Assembly: GCA_040285825.1 (NCBI GenBank)
Contig: JAUPSS010000003.1
Coordinates: forward strand, 3,100,001 to 3,164,000
Source: Eukaryota sp. TZLM1-RC
Taxonomy: Eukaryota; Protista; Metamonada: BaSk clade
DNA length: 64,000 nucleotides
Direction: 5' to 3'
Positions 35,871-46,786 of the stretch are shown here, in pieces. Both the position numbers and the translations under genes were made by a program. The notes below the pieces were generated by a model. The model did not search any database. It had not been told where the DNA came from and saw only the letters and a list, made by a program, of their open reading frames with translations. How positions within the stretch are numbered: position 1 is the stretch's first letter; each line of letters begins with the position of its first letter.

Positions 35871-38189
35871 CTATACCTCAACTTTTAATTCCTCCATATC
35901 AATTAATTTTTTTTGTTCAACCGTATGAATTTTACGAAATGTTTTCATCTTCTTCACAATGACCAAAATAAGCTCAAATGCACTACTTGTAATAAAAAGC
36001 CAAGCTAACAATTTGAAACCAAAAGGGAAAGTAAATCCTACTCCATACTTTGTGACCTTTTTCCCTATAAAAGAAAAGTTCCAAACTCTATTTGCAAACA
36101 CCAAGTTATGCCAAGCATCAGCGACACTTTGAACATAGTCAAAGTATTGGATATCTTCTTCAACATTGGAAGCATTATAAGTAGGATGGGGACGTTTAAT
36201 CGAAACCCCTATGCTTTTCAACCAATTCATTCGAACTATAACGTCTTGAAGGCCAAGTTCCGCGTATGACTGGGTCATTGACAGTGTTTTCCGCCTTTTC
36301 TTATCAACTAATGGATTCAGCAAAGATCTTCCTAATGAGCTGGTCACGTCATGTTTTGATCCTGCCAGCTCAGCAATCGTGGCAATCACATCAAGGTTAG
36401 AAACAGGGGTGTAATCCACACTACCAGCAGGAGGTATCCCTAATTGTTCCCTTCTCCCTTCCTCCCCAAAGAAAAGCAAGGTAGCCGTTGTGTAGAAGAC
36501 CTGGTCACCATCAAATCCTTGTGGAGGACAGTCCTTACACTTATAACCAAGACCTTGGTTAAAAGCCCCATGATCACCTATTACAAAAATGACCGTATTG
36601 TCGAGCATATTGCGATCTTCAAGGTTGTTAATCAATTTACCAACCAAATATTGATCTGAATACTTCAATGCACGAACATACCTATCTCTTTTCAAACTTG
36701 GAAATTCTTTTTCTCCTTTTTGAGGCCTGTCAAGTGTTGAGAAATCAATATGGGTGCTCATTGAGATTAATTGGTGAAAGAAAGGTCTATTACCATACTC
36801 TGATTTAAAATAATCCCAGCGATCTGCTGCTTGCTCAACCAAAATTCTGTCGTTGTTCCACCGTGCAAATCTATTCTTATCTACACCGTAATAAAACTCT
36901 TCATCATAAGTATCTCCATTTTCATACCTGAAATAAATCTCGTCCAAATACTCCTTATTATTGTCTAGTATCATATTCTGACGATCATAAGGAGGGTTCG
37001 CTGTACTAATGAATCCTGTCACATAATCAGCAGGAGATCGTTTAATCAAGGAGTAAATTGAATCAAAATGAACATGTTCTGTTTGAAGGAAGTTGGCTTT
37101 GTGTAAGGATGGTCCCTGATTGACAGTTGTCCACAAGGAATTGGCTGAAGGTGAGGCCGTAACAACACATTCGTGATAAAAGACTCCATTTTCTTTGAAA
37201 TACTTGTTTAAATATGGAGTGGCATCATCAGCTTTTGGTAGATCAGTCATTGGCAAGTAGATGCCTGAAAGTGACTCCCAAGAGATCAAAATTATATTGG
37301 GTCTTTCAATTTCCTCATCTTCTTTGACCTGATCACGTGTGATTTTGAGCTTATCAGGTGTACACTCCTCACCTTCAGGAAACAACTCACAATAAGTCAA
37401 GAGATTTCCATGGACCAAAGGATAATCTTCACTTAGCCAATATCTGTCCGATGGCAAAGGGAAGAAATCTCGAAGAATTTTTCCACTTTTTTCCAAATCT
37501 TGTCTTGAAATGTCAGTTCTGAGGCCTCTGAACCAGTGTCTTTCAAATGGTTCTAATGAGGAAAAATTGATAAAAAAAGAAAACAACAAGCAGAATAGGA
37601 AAATACAAGAGAAAGCAACAATTAATCTAGATTTTTTACATAATTTAAGATATTTTTGGACTTTATATCCAAAAAAATTGTGCAGAAAATAAAACAACCC
37701 AAAAATTACACCCAAACCACACAAACCAAGAAAAATTGGTGTAAGGCTAGTATCTCCATCCATTAATATGGACATTCCATCTTGGAATGCGGAGATCAAG
37801 GTGTTAAAGTCTGAGACGAAGAGAGAAAATGTGGTTGGAGAAAAAGGAAACCCACCCATGGAAAGGCAGTAGTAGTGAAGGATAGGCCCGGAGAGAAAGA
37901 GTGAAGTGTAGAAGTAAAATAGAAAGGTAAAAGGACGTGTAAGAGGGAGGGGAATGGTGTAAGAGAGTGCAAAGAGAGAAAACGAAATAAGAACGTAAAC
38001 TGAAACCCCATAAACTGTAGCAGTGAAGAGGTAGACAAGAAAAGAAGACAGGTTGGCTGTTTTGTATACAAGAAAGTAGATGTTATAGTCAATGACAATG
38101 CGACACAAGACAGCAAAAAGGAGCACAGCAATAAATTTGCAAGACGGCTGTTGATGGTGGACGGCTCCGGGTGGGGGTTCCTTTATCAT
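35871..38189 (-). CDS. Membrane protein with an alkaline-phosphatase-superfamily (LTA synthase/sulfatase-like) domain
   Basis: About 5 N-terminal TM helices; PNIILISWESLS; TPYLN; SMSTH; DNTVIFVIGDHG; SNLDVIATIAEL; SLGRSLL. Confidence 0.85.
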   Translation of the reverse strand: MIKEPPPGAVHHQQPSCKFIAVLLFAVLCRIVIDYNIYFLVYKTANLSSFLVYLFTATVYGVSVYVLISFSLFALSYTIPLPLTRPFTFLFYFYTSLFLSGPILHYYCLSMGGFPFSPTTFSLFVSDFNTLISAFQDGMSILMDGDTSLTPIFLGLCGLGVIFGLFYFLHNFFGYKVQKYLKLCKKSRLIVAFSCIFLFCLLFSFFINFSSLEPFERHWFRGLRTDISRQDLEKSGKILRDFFPLPSDRYWLSEDYPLVHGNLLTYCELFPEGEECTPDKLKITRDQVKEDEEIERPNIILISWESLSGIYLPMTDLPKADDATPYLNKYFKENGVFYHECVVTASPSANSLWTTVNQGPSLHKANFLQTEHVHFDSIYSLIKRSPADYVTGFISTANPPYDRQNMILDNNKEYLDEIYFRYENGDTYDEEFYYGVDKNRFARWNNDRILVEQAADRWDYFKSEYGNRPFFHQLISMSTHIDFSTLDRPQKGEKEFPSLKRDRYVRALKYSDQYLVGKLINNLEDRNMLDNTVIFVIGDHGAFNQGLGYKCKDCPPQGFDGDQVFYTTATLLFFGEEGRREQLGIPPAGSVDYTPVSNLDVIATIAELAGSKHDVTSSLGRSLLNPLVDKKRRKTLSMTQSYAELGLQDVIVRMNWLKSIGVSIKRPHPTYNASNVEEDIQYFDYVQSVADAWHNLVFANRVWNFSFIGKKVTKYGVGFTFPFGFKLLAWLFITSSAFELILVIVKKMKTFRKIHTVEQKKLIDMEELKVEV

Positions 38190-38239
38190 TGGCAAGGAAA
38201 ACTGAAATTGATAAGATGGGTGTAGTTGCTTCAAAACCA

Positions 38240-38490
38240 ACAAGCGTCCAAGTTTCTTGGATGTTCGCTAGGTAATTTGGATGAAATTTATTCCCAGTTG
38301 AACAATTTATTGAAGAAATTTGACAAGTATCTCAGTTTTATTGCAAAATGTGACATTGAAAAACACATCAAAATTTTCTTTTTAAAAATTTGTTATTCCG
38401 GAAAATTCCCTAATATATGGAGGTCAACCTTCCCCTCCAATATCTCTTAATTTTTGCAGATCTTTCAACAAACTTCGGGTCAAATTTTTA
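38240..38490 (+). mobile_element. Non-LTR family A RT fragment
   Basis: KFLGCSLGN...IEKHIKIFFLKICYSGK. Confidence 0.75.
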
Positions 38491-39359
38491 ACTTTCCACT
38501 GTACAAAACCATCTTCAATCCTTACTCATTAAATTGATTAAGATGGGTCTTCGGATTTGGAGAGCAATTTCGATTATTTTTTTCTCTTAAAATGTTGTCC
38601 ATTTATTTTAACCTGCTGTTGAAGACTGAAACGTGCTATTTCACGTATCTCCAAATACAGGACACAATTGATTTACAAAGATTATCCAGATATTTTTTTG
38701 CAGTTGGAGCACAATTTCCATACAGAGAAACATCAAATGAATCAAACATCATTGCATTTTCACTCATTTTCTCATTCAATGCTTGACTTTGACTCCAATA
38801 CTTCTCTACTTTAGCTTTTGCATGAGTTTGATTGAATGATTAGAATCTGATTTCCAACAACTTAGTAGCCATCTCTTCTTGGCTGATTTGTGCCAAGGAT
38901 CAACAAAATGAACACTAGTGAAGTCCATCAATATTTCTTAATCAGTTGAAGACCTAAATGGATCACCAAGTCCTTTGTTAAACTCATACTATGAACCATG
39001 TAAAAGTACATATTCAATTTCTCTGTGAAATACAATACTCTTTAATGTTTCACAACACATTCACGAACACTATAATGAAAGATGAATCGATAATCTTTTC
39101 TGTTGAAACTATTGGTTATGTGGTGAGTATTAGCACTGTTTAGTTCCAATTTAAATCAACTATAATACAAGGGTCACAAATTGAATAACACTTCTTATTC
39201 ATCTAATCTAGCACATAGGACAGAAGGTTCTTACTTAAGGCTTCATCACACAATTAGATACATCAACAAGAGAATTATGTCTTTGATGAATTGAACATTT
39301 AATTGAGGATTTGCTTGTCTGTCAAATGTAAAGGTTGTACAATTGGTGCTCAAATCAAT

Positions 39360-39432
39360 GGGGGTGTAGCTCAATTGGTAGAGCGCACGCTTAGCATGCG
39401 TGAGGTACGGGGATCGAAACCCTGCATCTCCA
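39360..39432 (+). tRNA. tRNA-Ala (anticodon AGC)
   Basis: Cloverleaf with G3:U70; CACGC-TTAGCAT-GCGTG anticodon arm; A54-type T loop; TTTTT terminator. Confidence 0.95.
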
Positions 39433-39589
39433 TTTTTGCATATACACTATATCACTATTTATCACCATTGTGGCACGAAAGTTTGGGCTATGTGTAGATA
39501 ATAACGCTATTGTCACAAAAATGAAATTATATTTGATTATAAAAAAATGTATTTATTGAATTTGCACACTTAATTAAATTAACTCATAA

Positions 39590-40695
39590 TGTTGTTGTTG
39601 AACTCAAATTGAATTAGTAGGTTTCTTTGTATTTCGACTGATGACGTGATACTCATTTGTGAATCAGTTTTATTAATAAACGGCAGATTTCTCTCTCTCT
39701 CCTTCGTGTGTTCATCTGCCTAACGGCATCAATAATTATTGGCCCTTTTTGATTCAGATGACTGTTCCTTCTGTCAACCTCCCGTCTCTTTCTTCCACGA
39801 AAGTTGAAAGTGTTCTCTTGTTCCTACAAGAGTGGAAGATCTATTCTTCTGTGACTTCTGAAAAACAGCTTGTTCCAGCAAGACTCTTGGTCGATTCTTT
39901 TCTGTTAGAGTCCCTATCTCTCCAGAAATCCGACGTCTCTTCCAGTGACGATGTTCTTCTTAGACATCTACAATCTGTCGTATCGTTTGCCACGTACGAA
40001 GATTTTAGTCTGGCTATGTCAGAACTGAAGCTTGATGTCCGTATTGGTGACGTCCGAGAACGTATGTCCTGTTGCCTGCGACGTTTCCTCCAGGTAAAGA
40101 GTAGGGCTTCCGGACTGAAGTTACCAGACACAGCTTTTCTGAATCGATTTGCCAGAGGAATTCTTCCCGTAGGTCTTCAACGTTCTCTACTAGCGAGAAT
40201 TCGAGATGATGTATTCCCAGATCTTCACTCTCTTGTCGAAACCACTACTGATGAGCTGTTGGACTGCTTTAGGGTTGCTTCATGGACTCGTGGTTTTAAA
40301 ACCTCAGTGAATGATGTGGAACGTACGGCTGGCACTAAAACGAGGTCCTCTTGGCGCTTTCAGGATTTAAAAAATCAATCGTGCTTCAAGTGCCACAAGC
40401 CTGGACACATCTCCCGCGATTGTCCAACTAAAATCAAACATGAGGTAAATTATGTGTGTCACACAAACGATGCACCAAAGAGTTTAACAAACCCCATATC
40501 TTCCCTCTATTGAGCCAGTACTGTATTTGTCCTCAGAAAAGTGGGAAAAAGTAGTGTTGTTGTTGAACTCAAATTGAATAAGTAGGTTTCTTTGTATTTC
40601 GACTGATGACGTGATACTCATTTGTGAATCAGTTTTATTAATAAACGGCAGATTTCTCTCTCTCCCCTCGTGTGTTCATCTGCCTAACGGCATCA
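39590..40695 (+). mobile_element. Gag-only non-autonomous LTR element
   Basis: LTRs 39590-39731 and 40555-40695 (TG..CA, few differences); TSD ataa; PPT agaaaagtgggaaaaagtag; no pol. Confidence 0.92.
39758..40513 (+). CDS. Gag-like protein with a CCHC zinc knuckle
   Basis: CFKCHKPGHISRDC; lies between the LTRs. Confidence 0.85.
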   Translation: MTVPSVNLPSLSSTKVESVLLFLQEWKIYSSVTSEKQLVPARLLVDSFLLESLSLQKSDVSSSDDVLLRHLQSVVSFATYEDFSLAMSELKLDVRIGDVRERMSCCLRRFLQVKSRASGLKLPDTAFLNRFARGILPVGLQRSLLARIRDDVFPDLHSLVETTTDELLDCFRVASWTRGFKTSVNDVERTAGTKTRSSWRFQDLKNQSCFKCHKPGHISRDCPTKIKHEVNYVCHTNDAPKSLTNPISSLY

Positions 40696-41902
40696 ATAAC
40701 TAATGGGACGACTATCATTGAACCAAGATTTCCTCTACAAAATCTTGATCTGCTTGCTGTCTAGCTAAAGCTTCTCTAATTCGATTGAAAAACCGCGGTG
40801 ATCTATTAGTAATGGCAAATTGAATCTGTGAACGCCATAAAAAAATATCAAATCTTTTCATTGTTTTTTCTTGCACCATTTTTTGGAAGTCATCCAAAAA
40901 AATTTCTGCTTCAACTGATGATCTTCCATTTATCGAAAATGTGAAAGCAATAAAAACCAGCTGTGTATTTCTATCGACATTTGCCTCTTCAATATCTTTA
41001 TCATATTTTCTATGTTTCTTTTTTGCTTTAAAATCCAGAGCAGCCACAGGATTAAGTTTTCTTCTGTGAACCAAATTATCATTTGCAACATTACATGAGA
41101 CAAAGTCAACAATAGCTTCAGAATTATCAATCCAATCACAGTATACATCACCTCTATCATCAGAACCAAAATTATTCAGTGAAAGTGTTTCCTTCAGCAG
41201 GGGCTCTTTGATACACGATATCCTTGCAGTTTGTGCCATATTGAAAACAGTGTCTCTAACAGCATCATGTAATGAAGAACGATAAGTTATCAATTTAGAG
41301 CAATTTAGAGCATGGCGCAAAATGAGTTGAGGTGAATTCGAACAAATACATTTTTCTTTTGATAATAATTGGTTAATGGGGATGTTCAAATATAATCTCA
41401 TTTTTGTTACAAATGCTTCATTAGTGGCACACAATCCAAATCTTCGTGGTACGATGGTTACAAAAAGTGAAGGCTCTGACGACTTGTTTTCACAAACACC
41501 CTTTTGCAATAACAATGAGTGAAGATCTTGATTTAAAACAGCCGAGCTGCATATATTATTATAAAGATCTTTTTCATACATTCCAGTCAATCGTTTCTGT
41601 AATGTTCGAAGAGTGTATTTTAAATTTAAAACATTTTTTTCTGAAAATATTGCCATTGAATGATTGGGGAAAACATCGACCCCATTTTTCTACTTCAATT
41701 TTTGAAATTTCTTCATTTAATGCAAAAACAGTGGAACTTTGCGGTGTCATCAATAAATCTTCCCAATCTGCAAATCATTCGGAAAACTCAAAAATTGCAT
41801 TTCTGCATCCTCCAACAAAATGTCTTTGATGAATTGAACATTTAATTGAGGATTTGCGTGTCTGTCAAATGTAAAGGTTTAACAATTCTGTTTCAAACTA
41901 TT

Positions 41903-41975
41903 GGGGGTGTAGCTCAATTGGTAGAGCGCACGCTTAGCATGCGTGAGGTACGGGGATCGAAACCCTGCATCTCCA
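41903..41975 (+). tRNA. tRNA-Ala (anticodon AGC), second copy
   Basis: Identical to 39360-39432; the flanks are also homologous. Confidence 0.95.
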
Positions 41976-41992
41976 TTTTTGCATATACACTA

Positions 41993-42310
41993 TATCACCA
42001 TTGTGCCACGAAAGTTTGGGCTATGTGCTGATAATGACGCTTTTGTCACAAAAATGAAATTATATTTGACTATTCAAATTGAACAACTTGTATTAAAAGG
42101 AAAATGTATTTGTTCGAATTCATGAAAAATGAAGATATTTGATGACTTTTTGTAACGGTCATGAATTCAATTCCCCATGATTGATAAGTTACCTCGGTTT
42201 TTCATCGAATAAGTGAAGCAATGGCCAAAAAACAAGCAGATCAGAATGTTGTAGAGGAATTCTTGGTTCATTGTTTTTCACTGAATTTCGTCTCATTAGT
42301 TTTGATTGTA
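41993..42310 (+). mobile_element. Internally deleted family B fragment starting just downstream of tRNA-Ala
   Basis: TIVPRKFGLCA..AFVTKMKLYL joined to the family B C-terminus and 3' UTR. Confidence 0.8.
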
Positions 42311-42420
42311 TTGAGTGCTGTAGATCGATAAAATTTATAGTCAAGGACATTATTATTTGAAAACTAAAATAACAAGAGGTAGTATCAAGATTGGAAGGAG
42401 AAAAAAAACAGTAAGTTCAT

Positions 42421-42493
42421 CTGTGGGAAATTCCCATAAATACACGATCAATTTTCGTGTGGAATAATTACAAAAACTATCTACTACACAGAT
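42421..42493 (-). ncRNA. Candidate omegaRNA scaffold (copy 3)
   Basis: ACACGA-aaattga-TCGTGT hairpin; TGGGAA-T-TTCCCA; upstream ATCTGTG complementary to terminal CACAG(AT). Confidence 0.6.
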
Positions 42494-43075
42494 ACTGAGG
42501 CCTTTCATTACCACTCATTCTGGCTTCAGCAATTGCAAACATATTCAGACAAGCCAGCCCATTTCTATTGAAAAGCATTGTTGAGCCTTGGTTACTGTGT
42601 TTGCAACTCTCGCTATTACAAGCTAATAAACCATGACATGTAGTAACAGAAGTCTTTTCTCTTCTATACACTCTGGGATTTGTTACTCTCAAAAACGTAG
42701 CAACCTTTTCAAAATAACCAAGACATTTTGCTGAAGTGAAAGCTTCATTAATCATCAATACTTCAAAACCATTTCTTTTCAGAAATTGAATCCATCCAAT
42801 GCCTCTAGTAGGTCTCTGATGTTTCAAATTTTTAAAACCTTTTTTACCATAATCACCCATTAGTATTAAAGTGTCTTTCGGGTGGCCAAACTGCTGAACA
42901 AGGCTTTTTAACAACCAACTTTCAGTCTTTTGCTTGTGAATGAAAGCTTGCATTTTATGAATGCTCCACAAGTCAAGACTGTAAAAGTCGATTGTCAAAA
43001 AAACTTGCCGAAGTTTGGCAACCACAAAGTTGGAAAAGTCTATAAAAGTCGCCGAATTTGCAGCAAATGCTGATA
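42421..43075 (-). mobile_element. Fanzor1 copy 3: 5'-truncated, open C-terminal frame plus the best-preserved right end
   Basis: ORF 42477-43025: GDYG; PTRGIGW; INEAFTSAKC; CHGLLAC; NRNGLACLNM. Confidence 0.9.
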
Positions 43076-43318
43076 ATCCTCAATGCTTTTCGAGCACTCA
43101 GATATAATTGCTGCTTTAGCAATGATCGTCTTACGTTATTACCTTCATAGTCCTTATAGTCACCGATAGTTGATATTTCAAGCAGATAATGGTCCAATTT
43201 CTGCACGTCATAAACATCTATTGATGAGTGGGTCAGTGAAGCGGAGTGATTGATGAATTTAAAATAGTTTAAGAATTTAGTAATCATTGATTGAACATCT
43301 TCAATTGTGCTTTGGTTT

Positions 43319-46300
43319 ATGACTACGGCAACACACGCTCCAATCGATGATTACACAACACTTCATATTAGTGCTATCCGCAAACTTTACACCTCCATCG
43401 CATCCCACAATGACGGTATTGTATCCACGTCTTTCATTCTGTCTTTATTAGAAAATTGTGGTATTCTTGAGGACGACCCACGGCTTGAGGATCTTTTCCC
43501 TTCTACTTCTTCGATCCTTTCTTTTGAAGAGTTTTCGCTTTTGCTAAGCAAATCCTACCTCATCCAAAGAGCTCTTGAGGGTAATCTCATTGTTTCCGAA
43601 TGGTCTATCTTTGCTGACACTATTTACAACATTTACACCAAAATTTCATCCATTGAGGGAGGTCAAGTAGCACAGTACATCCCTCAATTGAAAAGAGTAG
43701 ATCCAGAGCTTTTTGCTGTGACTGTTACTACCGTTGACGGTCAACAACTTCATTTAGGTGACAGTTTTGTTCCTTTTTCTGTACAGTCCTGTTCTAAACC
43801 TATCACTTACTGTATGGCCTTAGAGGAACATGGGGAGGAAGAAGTCCACCAACATGTCTCCCGTAATCCAAGTGGGAGAGGGTTTAATGAACTTGTTTTG
43901 GATTCAAAGAATAGACCTCATAATCCAATGTATGTGTGACAATTTTATCTTCTCATTCAAGGATCAATGCTGGAGCCATTGTTTGTGCTTCACTTATTGA
44001 ACCCTCAAAACCCTTGTACGAACGTTTCAGAACAGCTCTAGACACATGGAGCGCTCTTGCTGCAGATAGTAGGATCGGGTTTGACAATGCTACGTTCTTG
44101 AGTGAATTGGCTACTGCCGATCGTAACACAGTATTGGCCTATCTAATGAAAGAGCAGCAGGGCATTTTCCCCCCTAATGTTGACATAAACGATGTTTTAT
44201 CACTTTATTTCATGTTTTGTTCAATTCAGACCACATGTAGCCAAATGGGTCTTGTTGCTGCGACATTAGCAAACTCAGGAGTCTGTCCTCTAACCAGAAA
44301 GAGGGTATTCCAGCAGGATACCGTGAGAAACTGTCTTAGCTTAATGTTCTCTTCGGGTCTGTATGATTTCTCGGGTAGTTTTGCTTATCATGTAGCTTTA
44401 CCTGCAAAATCTTCCGTTTCTGGGGTTATAATGTTAGTCATCCCTGTTTGTGCAATTTTTATTCGCCTCATCTCAGGGTATAGCTGGTGTTTGTATTTGG
44501 TCTCCCCCACTTGATTCTATAGGAAATAGCGTGAAGGGGGTAGCATTTGCTTTAGAACTCTCTAAAAGTCTTCACCAGTGTTCTTTTGCCTCTAGGAATT
44601 CAGTTTCAGTACTTGATCCAAAGAAGTATGACCTGGCTGTTGACAGTCTTGAAGATTCACAAATAATGTTACTCTTTGCTAGCGCTATTGGTGATATCAA
44701 CAGAATTACTAAACTGATTGCTAGGGGTTGTAATGTCAACTTTCGCGATTACGATGGACGTACAGCACTTCACCTGGCTGTCTCTACCAACCAAAAGGAG
44801 GTCGTCGAATACCTTGTTAACCATGGCGCAGATCTGACTATCAAAGATCGTCATGGGAACAGTCCTGTACAGGATTGTGTCAATCTAGGACTCAGAGAAC
44901 TTAGCCACATTATGGGTGTGTCTAAACCTGAAACTGAACCCACTACTACCTTTATGGGCTCGCCCGTTGTTCAGAAGCTTCCTGATACCATTCTAGCAGA
45001 GTTGGAGTTTGAAGGTGAAGAAGAAACTCTACATACTGGTACAGCTTTCATTGAGGTTGATGAAACTGAGTCACACCGAACAACACCTCCGATCAACGGT
45101 TCTGACATTGAAAGTGAAAGCGTGGTCAGTGAAGAGAGACCTCCTGACAACCACATTGTCTCTATACCCTACTCTTTAGATTATTGCAATAAGGGGGTAG
45201 TAGCCAAGAAAGATCTCATAGAAGCTCTTGAATACGAAGGGATTCTTCCTCGGTTTGATCAACGGCTTTCAAGCTTGTTTAAAACTTTTTCTTCTGAAAT
45301 CAGCTATGATCAGATTGAAGAAGCTTGTACTGATACTCCTATTCTTCAACGGGCACTACAAGGGAATCTGGTTATTCCTGATTTCTCATTCACAATGATG
45401 AATTTCAATTCCATGTTTGAAAAAGTAAGAGATATGGATATTGCAAGTGCTCAGAATGCATCATACATTCCTGATCTGAAGAACCAAGATTCAAGCCTTT
45501 TTGGTATTTCTATATGTACTGTGCATGGACAACGTGCATTCTTTGGTGATTACAAGCACCCATTTACCCTACAACATTGCGTCAATCCATTCACATACTG
45601 TTTGGCAAGTGAGCAACTTGGTGAAACCGCATACCATAAGAAAGTTGGCTTGGAAAGTTCAGGCCTCCCTTCCGACCATTTATCGCTCGACCACGACGAT
45701 AAACCACACAATCCCTTTATTAACACAGGGTCACTGTTCTCTGCATCAGTTATTGAGAAGGGAAAATCACTAGCCGATAGGTACGACTTTGTGAGGAAAG
45801 TATGCTTTAGATCGATTGGATGTCCCAGAGGAAGACTAAAAGTTGATCATATCGGCTACTCCCTCACAACATATCTATCTGAAATGAGTTCTTCTGATCG
45901 TAACAATGCATTGCTTTACCTTATGCGGGAAAAGGGAGTGTTTGAACCAGATGAAGATCTTAATGAAGTTTTAAGGTTCTACTCAATGTTGTGCTCAATT
46001 GAGTTTAACACTGCTTCACTTTCTATTTTTGCTGCTGTTCTAGCCAACTCAGGTGTATGTCCATTTAGTGGGGAACAAGTTTTTAAATCCTCAACAGTCA
46101 GGAACTGTCTTGCACTTATGACTTCTACATCCATGTACGACTACTCAGGGGAGTTTCAGTTCAGCATCGGTTTACCTGGTTGTGCAGGAGCATCAGGGGC
46201 AGTGATGGTAATTGTTCCCAATTCATTTGGCATCGCATTATTCTCTCCACCCTTAAATGCTTCCAAGGTGTCCGCTAAAAGTATAGAATTTTGTAAGCTT

Positions 46301-46654
46301 TTACAGGAGAAATATTTGCTTCATACACTGGAGCTGTCTGCGCTCTCAACCAAGAAAAATCTACTTTTGTGGAAAGATACTAGGATTTACAAGAACTCTG
46401 CAATGCTTTTAACAGCTGCTTCAAACGGAGATATATCCGAACTTCGTAATCTTCTACGGCATTTGGATGTAAACCTAGCTGACTATGACGCTAGAACAGC
46501 CTTGCATGTATCTGTTGATAGTCAACAATATGAAATAGTTAAGCTACTCTTGGAGAATGGTGCTGACACTTCATTATGCGATCGTTGGGGTGATACACCC
46601 ATACAACTGGCTCTGAGATTGGGTGATGAAAAGATGATTTCTCTGTTGGGATAG
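43319..46654 (+). CDS. Tandem glutaminase-ankyrin x2 protein; introns 43930-43961 and 44446-44476
   Basis: VAQYIPQL; QSCSKP; HNPM|INAGAI and IP|GIAG restored by splicing; DYDGRTALH ankyrin repeats; second glutaminase domain followed by ankyrin repeats. Confidence 0.93.
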
Positions 46655-46786
46655 ATTACCGTTTCAACTTATGTACATTGATGATAAAAATGAATTCAAA
46701 CCTTGTTTCAAAATTCACATGTCTATTAGCTGTTTCGTAATTAGTCAAACAAGTGCTTCAGTCTATGATTTTGACCTTCCGTTATA

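Larger units (their letters stand above)
39551..41820 (-). mobile_element. Non-LTR family B copy (intact RLE-region ORF 40715-41656); 3' UTR interrupted by an LTR element
   Basis: CIC..RHALNC; SLHDAVRD; KEP; RGD; KY. The 3' UTR is restored exactly when 39590-40699 is removed. Confidence 0.9.

Noticed and set aside
41903-42310. tRNA-Ala plus LINE tail as a bona fide SINE
   Set aside because: The tRNA is perfect and followed at once by a TTTTT terminator, and the upstream flank is duplicated too, which indicates DNA-level duplication.
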